Shown here: positions 48,688 to 55,093 of the stretch, piece by piece
Layout of the letters: the number at the start of each line of letters is the position of its first letter
Position numbering within the stretch: position 1 is the stretch's first letter
NCBI GenBank assembly: GCA_964464475.1
Contig: CAYXGG010000012.1
Coordinates: 2,611 to 59,622 of the forward strand
DNA length: 57,012 nt
Direction: 5' to 3'
Source: an uncultured Planctomycetales bacterium
GTDB taxonomy: Bacteria; Omnitrophota; Gorgyraeia; Zapsychrales; JAHFFX01
Notes under the pieces: model-generated
The model's database searches: none
Seen by the model: the letters and a program-made list of their open reading frames with translations, nothing else
Told to the model about the DNA's origin: nothing
Made by a program: the position numbers and the translations under genes

Positions 48688-50520
48688 ATGAGTTTATTGA
48701 CCTTCCCATCATTAAATGAAAAAAGGCCATTTAAAATACTATTCCCGCTGGTAATCTTCGCCTGGCTAATGCTTGGTAACGCTCAGTTAGCTCACAGCCA
48801 GGATAGCCGTGACCTGAGTGCGGATATGCCCAACGTTGATGCTCCTGCAGTTGTAGATCCTATCGAATTAAATAGCGAAACCCAGCTCAAAGATACGTTG
48901 CAAGAGATAGTCACTTTGGATTACAAGGATGTGGAAATTGCGACCATTTTACGCTCTTTGAGTCAAACCTATGATTTGAATTTAGTGACATCTCCGGAAC
49001 TAAAAGGTAAGGTCACCGTCTCCCTAAAAGACGTCACCGTGCAAGAAGCGCTGGAAGTCATCCTTTCTTCGGGTGGCTATAACTATTCTAAAAAGGGCAA
49101 CATTATTTATGTTGTGTCCAGCTCCGAAGATGTTCAGCTAGCCAGCGAACCACTCATTCTTAAATATATGAAAGCGGGCGAGGCCGCTAATTTATTGAAA
49201 AAAGTGCTTTCGCCCAAAGGGGATATCAAGGTTGATGAAATGTCTAATATTATCTTAATTACTGATTACCCCTCATCGATTGATAAAGTTAAAGAACTCC
49301 TTAAAACCGTTGACGCGCCTCCTTTGCAGGTTCTCATCGAAGTTAAGATTGTGGATATTACTTCGCAGGATTTGCGTAATCTTGGTGTCACCTGGGAAAT
49401 GGACTATAATCCCGGATCAGGTTTATTTGGGCGGCGTACTGAAACGGATGAACGTATCACCAGTACCGGTTCATACGCGGGACCTTCGTCATCGCTTTCC
49501 ACAGGGCAAATTCGTCTCGACACCTTTTCAATTAAAGATTTCTCTGCATCGGCAACGATCGATGCCTTAGTGCAGGATCGGAAAGCAAATTTGCTCGCGT
49601 CGCCGTCCATCGCGGTTATGAATAATCGTGAAGCACGGATTATTATCGGTGAAAAAGTTCCATATAAAGAGCGCACTCAGTCAACCACCGGGACCACCGA
49701 AACTACCAAATTTATTGATGTCGGAACAACGCTGCGGGTGACGCCCTCTATTAATCCGGACGGGTATATTACGATGATGATCCATCCGGAAGTTTCTTCA
49801 GTCACGACACTCTTGGACGCTGGCCCGCGTATTACCACCCGTGAGGCGGATACCATGGTGCGTGTTAAAGAAGGAGAAACGTTGGTGATTGGAGGGTTAA
49901 TCAAGCAGGAGGACAGTCAAACGCATTCCGAAACACCCGTGCTTGGGAAAATTCCGATCTTGGGATTTTTGTTTGGCAATAAAAGCAAAGACCAATTGCA
50001 AACCGAATTGGCGGTTTTTATTACACCAAAAATCTTAAGATCACATGAAGAAATGGCCATTGAAAAACGTACACGCTATGATGAAGAAGCGGCGGTCAGT
50101 GTTATGTCGTCGGGTTCCTTGAACGCACAGTCTTTAATGATGGCCAAAGCCGTAAATTTAGAAAATTCCACCGGTCTGGAATCGCGTCGCAAGGAAGATT
50201 GGCAACGCTTAAATCAATCGTTAAGCATTTTCTCGACAATCTACACACAGTTTCCTGACGGTCCATTGGCTCCGGAGGCGGCGTATCGGGCAGCCGTCAT
50301 TTATTTTAGGGATTTTGATGAGCTTTTTGAAGCCAAGGAACTATGTGGCAAAATTATTTCTGATTACCCTAAGTCGCCGTATGCGGCTAAGGCAAAAAGT
50401 CTTTTTAAGCGCATCAATCTTATTCTGGAAGCTCAGGCCCAACGAAAAGTTCAGAAGGCCAAGGACCAAGAAGATCAGCAGGACGTATTAACCGAACCGG
50501 CCACCAATGCGCTGCCTTAG
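48688..50520 (+). CDS. Secretin (GspD/PilQ family) with C-terminal TPR-like extension
   Basis: TLDYKDVEI, GKVTVSL, N3 domain, QVLIEVKIV, LASPSI, VGTTLRVTP, GETLVIGGL, PVLGKIPILGFLF, VFITPKI. Confidence 0.9.
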   Translation: MSLLTFPSLNEKRPFKILFPLVIFAWLMLGNAQLAHSQDSRDLSADMPNVDAPAVVDPIELNSETQLKDTLQEIVTLDYKDVEIATILRSLSQTYDLNLVTSPELKGKVTVSLKDVTVQEALEVILSSGGYNYSKKGNIIYVVSSSEDVQLASEPLILKYMKAGEAANLLKKVLSPKGDIKVDEMSNIILITDYPSSIDKVKELLKTVDAPPLQVLIEVKIVDITSQDLRNLGVTWEMDYNPGSGLFGRRTETDERITSTGSYAGPSSSLSTGQIRLDTFSIKDFSASATIDALVQDRKANLLASPSIAVMNNREARIIIGEKVPYKERTQSTTGTTETTKFIDVGTTLRVTPSINPDGYITMMIHPEVSSVTTLLDAGPRITTREADTMVRVKEGETLVIGGLIKQEDSQTHSETPVLGKIPILGFLFGNKSKDQLQTELAVFITPKILRSHEEMAIEKRTRYDEEAAVSVMSSGSLNAQSLMMAKAVNLENSTGLESRRKEDWQRLNQSLSIFSTIYTQFPDGPLAPEAAYRAAVIYFRDFDELFEAKELCGKIISDYPKSPYAAKAKSLFKRINLILEAQAQRKVQKAKDQEDQQDVLTEPATNALP

Positions 50521-50531
50521 GAGTTATTTTC

Positions 50532-51746
50532 ATGGCCACTTTTCTCTACAAGGCTCGCGATCCAAAGGGCAATCTGGTCAATGGAGTTCTCGAAGCACCC
50601 GATGAAGGGCAAGTCGTTGAGTCGCTGCAAAAGCTAGATTTAAGTCCTGTCGCTATCACTGTTCAATCCGCGTTTCAGAAATTCTTTGAAAAGGACGCCA
50701 CCTGGCGCCCGGTACCGCATCAGGAAATTCTTGTTTTTACCCGACAGCTTTCTACTCTCGTCAGTAGTGGTGTCCCCCTCATTCAATGTTTGGAGAATAT
50801 CAGTCGTCAGATTGCTCATCCGCGATTTAAATTTGTCGTCCTTGGGTTGGTAGAAAAATTAAAAAGCGGTAACAGCCTTTCTCAGGCGATGGCGAACTAT
50901 CCGGACATTTTTTCTGAATTTTATATCAGCATGCTAAAAGTCGGGGAAGCCGGCGGTCTGATGGACAAAGTTTTAAAGAGACTCGCCGATTTAAGCGCTC
51001 AAGATTTGGATTTACGTAGTCGTCTCAAAAGCGCGCTTATTTATCCGGCGCTTTTGGCAGGTGTTGCCTTTGTGATTGTGAATTTTGTCATGATTGCAGT
51101 CCTGCCTAAGTTTGTGTCTATCTTTGAGGCTTCTGACGCTAAGTTACCCTTGCCAACGGTTCTTTTGCTGACGATTAGTGATTTACTGAGACATTATTGG
51201 TGGGTGGGGGTCGGGGGTCTGTTCTTGTTGGCTTGGTGGCTTAAGGTTTATTACAAGTCTTCGCCGGGACGCTACAAGATTGACGCTCTCGCGTTGCGTT
51301 TGCCTATGGCAGGCCCGCTGATATTAAAAATTTTGGTTTGTCGATTTTGTCGTTCCATCGCCGCCTTGACCAAATCCGGTGTTCCCATTTTGGAGTCATT
51401 GAAAGTCGTGCAAGGAACGGTTGGTAACGCGGTGCTGGAGGTTTTTTTGCAAAATATTCAGGAATCCATTTCTCGAGGGAATAGTCTCACGGAACCATTT
51501 GAGAATTCCGGATTGTTTCCTCCAATGGTCATTCAGATGATCAGTACCGGTGAACGGAGCGGGCAACTGGGGGAGATGTTTGACCAGATCGCCGATTTTT
51601 ATGAACCAGAGGTTGAATATACGATTCGAAACCTGACGAGTATTCTTGAACCGGTCATGTTGTTGGTCATGGGGGCGATTGTCACCTTTATCGCCTTGTC
51701 GGTGTTATTGCCCATATTTAATCTAATCAAAATCATCCGCAGGTAG
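50532..51746 (+). CDS. GspF/PilC inner-membrane platform protein
   Basis: FLYKARD, FTRQLSTLVSSGVP, GEAGG, SALIYP, GERSGQL, ILEP. Confidence 0.93.
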   Translation: MATFLYKARDPKGNLVNGVLEAPDEGQVVESLQKLDLSPVAITVQSAFQKFFEKDATWRPVPHQEILVFTRQLSTLVSSGVPLIQCLENISRQIAHPRFKFVVLGLVEKLKSGNSLSQAMANYPDIFSEFYISMLKVGEAGGLMDKVLKRLADLSAQDLDLRSRLKSALIYPALLAGVAFVIVNFVMIAVLPKFVSIFEASDAKLPLPTVLLLTISDLLRHYWWVGVGGLFLLAWWLKVYYKSSPGRYKIDALALRLPMAGPLILKILVCRFCRSIAALTKSGVPILESLKVVQGTVGNAVLEVFLQNIQESISRGNSLTEPFENSGLFPPMVIQMISTGERSGQLGEMFDQIADFYEPEVEYTIRNLTSILEPVMLLVMGAIVTFIALSVLLPIFNLIKIIRR

Positions 51747-51754
51747 GAGGGACT

Positions 51755-52222
51755 ATGATCCAACAAGTTCAAAAAGTAAAAAGAAGAGGTTTTACCCTCT
51801 TTGAATTGCTCATTGTGATTTCCATTATCGCTATTTTGGCTGCGACGATTGTTCCTAATTTTATTGGGTTTGATACGGAGGCACGCTTGTCCTCAACGCT
51901 TTCCAATCTCAATACCCTGCGTACGCGGATCGCTTTATACCGCGCCAAAGAGGGTGAATACCCTCAATCCCTCAATGATTTGTTGACCAAAACCTATGAT
52001 GATATGGGCGTTGAGCAACCTTACCTTGAAAAAGTACCCCCCGAAATGGTTTCCTCCAAATCAGGTAATAATTCATTTGTTGATTTAGAAAGTAAAGATG
52101 AATTTCCTGGCGATGGAGGTTGGGTTTATGTTCGCGACAAAGCCAAATTATTAATTGATCTTGCTGAACCTTTGGATGGAAAATGGGGCGCGCGATCCGG
52201 TGAAAAACCTAATGAATGGTAA
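51755..52222 (+). CDS. Major pilin/pseudopilin (GspG-like)
   Basis: RRG|FTLFELLIVISIIAILAA class III signal; GEYPQSLNDL. Confidence 0.88.
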   Translation: MIQQVQKVKRRGFTLFELLIVISIIAILAATIVPNFIGFDTEARLSSTLSNLNTLRTRIALYRAKEGEYPQSLNDLLTKTYDDMGVEQPYLEKVPPEMVSSKSGNNSFVDLESKDEFPGDGGWVYVRDKAKLLIDLAEPLDGKWGARSGEKPNEW

Positions 52223-52880
52223 ACTGTTTTCGAGTACGTCTTCTTCTTGTTTGTCTAGAACCTATCCGAAAATTACTGGTGAGAAGATTTTGGTTGAGCC
52301 TTGCGCCGGAACGTTGGTCCAGCCCCAGCGAGGCTGGCCTGCACTCGACCGAAACCCTTCTCTCGTCCCAGTTTTTGAAAAAGTTCCAAAACTGGGACTC
52401 CGTGCCCGCTTCGGGTTTCGGACGTCCGGCTTCAGACTCACCCAAAATCTCAGGGACAATTTTCAGACAACTTCTACTCATTTCTCACATTATCACTCGC
52501 TAAATTCTATCCCCAAGGTGCGCCGCGGATCAGATCGTGGCGCCGTTTTATTAATTGTTATTATTGTTATGTTAACCGTGTCTATTTTGGGCGCGACACT
52601 CGTGACATTGTTTTTTAATGTCCTAACGGTAGGACAAAATGAACTGCATCGCGCGCAAGCTTTATACCTTTCTGAAGCGGGTATCGCGGTCGCCATGAAA
52701 AATTTAAAAGGACAGAAAGGGCAGAAGGTTGTTTTGCCCGAAAACAGAATTGTCCCGGTTACTCAGTTGGGGGAGGGGACCTTTGAGGTGTTCTTAGATC
52801 AAGCCGAATCTACCTTGGTTTCGGTGGGGGTTAGTCATGGCGTTTCCAGAACAATCCAATTGAAATACAATGCATATTAA
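52212..52880 (+). CDS. PilX/GspK-like minor pilin with expanded leader
   Basis: DRG|AVLLIVIIV (no Glu+5), QALYLSEAGI motif; start ATG 52212 overlapping the upstream stop, or GTG 52518. Confidence 0.75.
   Translation: MNGKLFSSTSSSCLSRTYPKITGEKILVEPCAGTLVQPQRGWPALDRNPSLVPVFEKVPKLGLRARFGFRTSGFRLTQNLRDNFQTTSTHFSHYHSLNSIPKVRRGSDRGAVLLIVIIVMLTVSILGATLVTLFFNVLTVGQNELHRAQALYLSEAGIAVAMKNLKGQKGQKVVLPENRIVPVTQLGEGTFEVFLDQAESTLVSVGVSHGVSRTIQLKYNAY
52256..52476. mobile_element. MITE-like palindromic element, 221 bp, TA at both ends
   Basis: Terminal IRs TAGAACCTATCCGAAAATT / AATTTTCAGACAACTTCTA (15/19) enclosing four nested stems; no transposase. Confidence 0.75.
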
Positions 52881-53433
52881 TCTTCCTTATCCCACAAAGA
52901 AAAGAACTGAGAAAGTCCCTACGGTTTCTCGCCACAAAGAAGAAAGAGTTAATGCCTGCCTGCCGGTCAGGCAGGGCTGTCTGACCGCTAGGCCTTTTGA
53001 GTTTACGAAAATTATTAGAAAAAAAAAGATCACTAAAACCGCTTTTACTTACATCGAGATTTTAATCACGTTAGCGATTTTAGCGGTTCTATTTGTGCCT
53101 ATGATGCGACTTTTTTCCAGTGCACTATTTTCAGCTACGGTTTCCGGAGATCTGTTGACCGCGGTCAATTTGGGTCGCGCACAAATGGAGCGCGTTAAAA
53201 ATCTTAATTTATCCAAAGAACAATTACGCCAGCTAGGTATCCTTTGGACTCCGCCATTAGAAGAAAATCCCTTAATGCTTAATAAAGGCGAATGGCGAGT
53301 GCGAACCACTTTCAAGAATGAGTCTGATCCGTTGCAAGTGGAGGTGGATGTGTTTTTGGTGGCGGATGAAAAGAAACCGGTTGTTTCCTTGGTTACTTTA
53401 ATCGAAGATCCCATTTGGTCATTGACACAATGA
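52870..53433 (+). CDS. PilV/GspI-like minor pilin with long leader
   Basis: KTA|FTYIEILITLAILAV; AVNLGRAQMERVK. Confidence 0.78.
   Translation: MHINLPYPTKKRTEKVPTVSRHKEERVNACLPVRQGCLTARPFEFTKIIRKKKITKTAFTYIEILITLAILAVLFVPMMRLFSSALFSATVSGDLLTAVNLGRAQMERVKNLNLSKEQLRQLGILWTPPLEENPLMLNKGEWRVRTTFKNESDPLQVEVDVFLVADEKKPVVSLVTLIEDPIWSLTQ
52955..52975. repeat. REP-like palindrome inside a prepilin leader
   Basis: CCTGCCTG-CCGGT-CAGGCAGG, 21 nt, read as ACLPVRQG. Confidence 0.65.
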
Positions 53434-54641
53434 TGAAAACTACCAATCACGGGTTGACTTTAATTGAGTTGGTGGTCGCGCTGGTGGTTTCCATTCTCAT
53501 TGCCGCGGCATTATATTTTACCTTGCAGAGTTCTTTGGAGAGTTGGGATGTGACCCAAGAACAATTAGTCCTGCAACATGTGCTCGCGCAAACAGCCCAA
53601 GAATTGATTGATGGTTGGGACAATTTCGGTATTCGCGATGGGTTGGAAATTAAAGCCGCTGATGCAACTTCAGTCAGTTTGATTATGCCATGGAGTGATG
53701 ATTCGTATCAGGTGTTGGCGGGTGTGAATACTTATGAACTTATAAAGAAAATCAAACCGGGAACGGGAATTCCTATTGCCGAAGCGCTATTGCCGGGAAA
53801 AGAATCTTATGAAGTTATTCCCATTAAGTTGCTGGATCCAGGTCGTCAGGGGGGCTTGCCGCAAGTCTATTTATCAATTAAACTTCCTGTAGGGACATTG
53901 TTAAGGTTTACCTATCATCCTGATTCGGCTCAAGATCCTCAGGTTATGACGACCTTCCGATTTGACGCTGAAGCAGGTGTTCTCTTAAGAGAAGATGAAG
54001 GGGGCGTGGTCAACATTTCCAAGAATCCTTTTGGCGTGAAAGTCAAAGGAGTTAGGTTTCGCTACTTCGATAACCTGAATAGGGAAATAGATGCTTCAGG
54101 GGACATTTCCGCGCGTCAGGTTAATTTGATTAGCGGGATTGAAATCAATATAAGCGTCATCAGTAAGTACGCAAATATAAGAGAATCAATGACTTTTGTC
54201 GCTCTCAGAAACGCTCCTACCCGCACCGGTAACATCCTACTTAAGGAAGGCGATCGCTTTCCGATTCCCAACTCCGAAAATATTCGGGCCCTAACTATAA
54301 ACAATTTTTTTGGTGTCGATAATGATTCCCAATTAGTATTAAAAGCCACCCCTAGCTCGGGAAAAGAGTGGCAATTGAAAATCAAATTTGCTAAAACCTC
54401 CTCCTTAAGTCCTGCCCTCATTGATTCTTATTCCATTGAATACCCGGAAGGCAATGTGGTTTATTCCGAGCAGCCGCGCGTTTCAGCAGAGCAAGGAATA
54501 AATTTATTGTCACTTGGAACTAACGGTCGTTTTGATTATGATGATGATGGGTTAGAGGATCAGGTTTTTTTGGAGGGTGACGTGGAACTATCAGTTGAGA
54601 AAATGGAATTAACAGGCGCATCTTTATTTGTTAAACCTTAG
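53430..54641 (+). CDS. Large PilW/GspJ-like minor pilin
   Basis: HG|LTLIELVVALVVS; FRYFD and VALRN motifs followed by an extra C-terminal domain of about 140 aa; ATGA overlap. Confidence 0.78.
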   Translation: MMKTTNHGLTLIELVVALVVSILIAAALYFTLQSSLESWDVTQEQLVLQHVLAQTAQELIDGWDNFGIRDGLEIKAADATSVSLIMPWSDDSYQVLAGVNTYELIKKIKPGTGIPIAEALLPGKESYEVIPIKLLDPGRQGGLPQVYLSIKLPVGTLLRFTYHPDSAQDPQVMTTFRFDAEAGVLLREDEGGVVNISKNPFGVKVKGVRFRYFDNLNREIDASGDISARQVNLISGIEINISVISKYANIRESMTFVALRNAPTRTGNILLKEGDRFPIPNSENIRALTINNFFGVDNDSQLVLKATPSSGKEWQLKIKFAKTSSLSPALIDSYSIEYPEGNVVYSEQPRVSAEQGINLLSLGTNGRFDYDDDGLEDQVFLEGDVELSVEKMELTGASLFVKP

Positions 54642-54651
54642 GCGAGCGAAG

Positions 54652-55092
54652 ATGAAAAAAAATACAACACTCGTTTACATTTTAACAATTCTAACTATGC
54701 TGATAAGTGTGAATTCATTCGCTGAAGATAAAGATTGGGTTGGAGATGGTGATGGCGTCAGCTGGGAAGATAGCGATAATTGGAGTCCTTCCGGTAAACC
54801 TGGTGTTGCCGATGCGGTCACGGTTAATGATCAAAATGCCGAAGTTTCCATTGCTCAAACATTCTCGTTTCAATCATTAAATGTGGGTGGCGGAGAAACT
54901 TCACAAGTGCGGGTTGAAGATTTTATTTCCGGGTCCGCAGATCCCATTGATGCCACTAATGATGCGATCCATGTTCGTAAAGATGGTGTATTGGTTTTAA
55001 CTGGTGAAGGTGTCATCACACTCAAAGGAATATTTCGCAACACGGAAACTCAACTGGAGACTGAACCCGCTTTTATGTTTACACTTGAATAA
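54652..55092 (+). CDS. Small acidic exported beta-rich protein
   Basis: Signal peptide ending SFA; WVGDGDGVSWEDSDNWSPSGKP motif of the kind seen in adhesin/autotransporter passenger regions. Confidence 0.65.
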   Translation: MKKNTTLVYILTILTMLISVNSFAEDKDWVGDGDGVSWEDSDNWSPSGKPGVADAVTVNDQNAEVSIAQTFSFQSLNVGGGETSQVRVEDFISGSADPIDATNDAIHVRKDGVLVLTGEGVITLKGIFRNTETQLETEPAFMFTLE

Positions 55093-55093
55093 A

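Noticed and set aside
52209-52503. Several overlapping ORFs across the palindromic element, as a possible transposase or toxin gene
   Set aside because: No recognisable motifs; multi-frame openness is expected for a GC-richer palindrome
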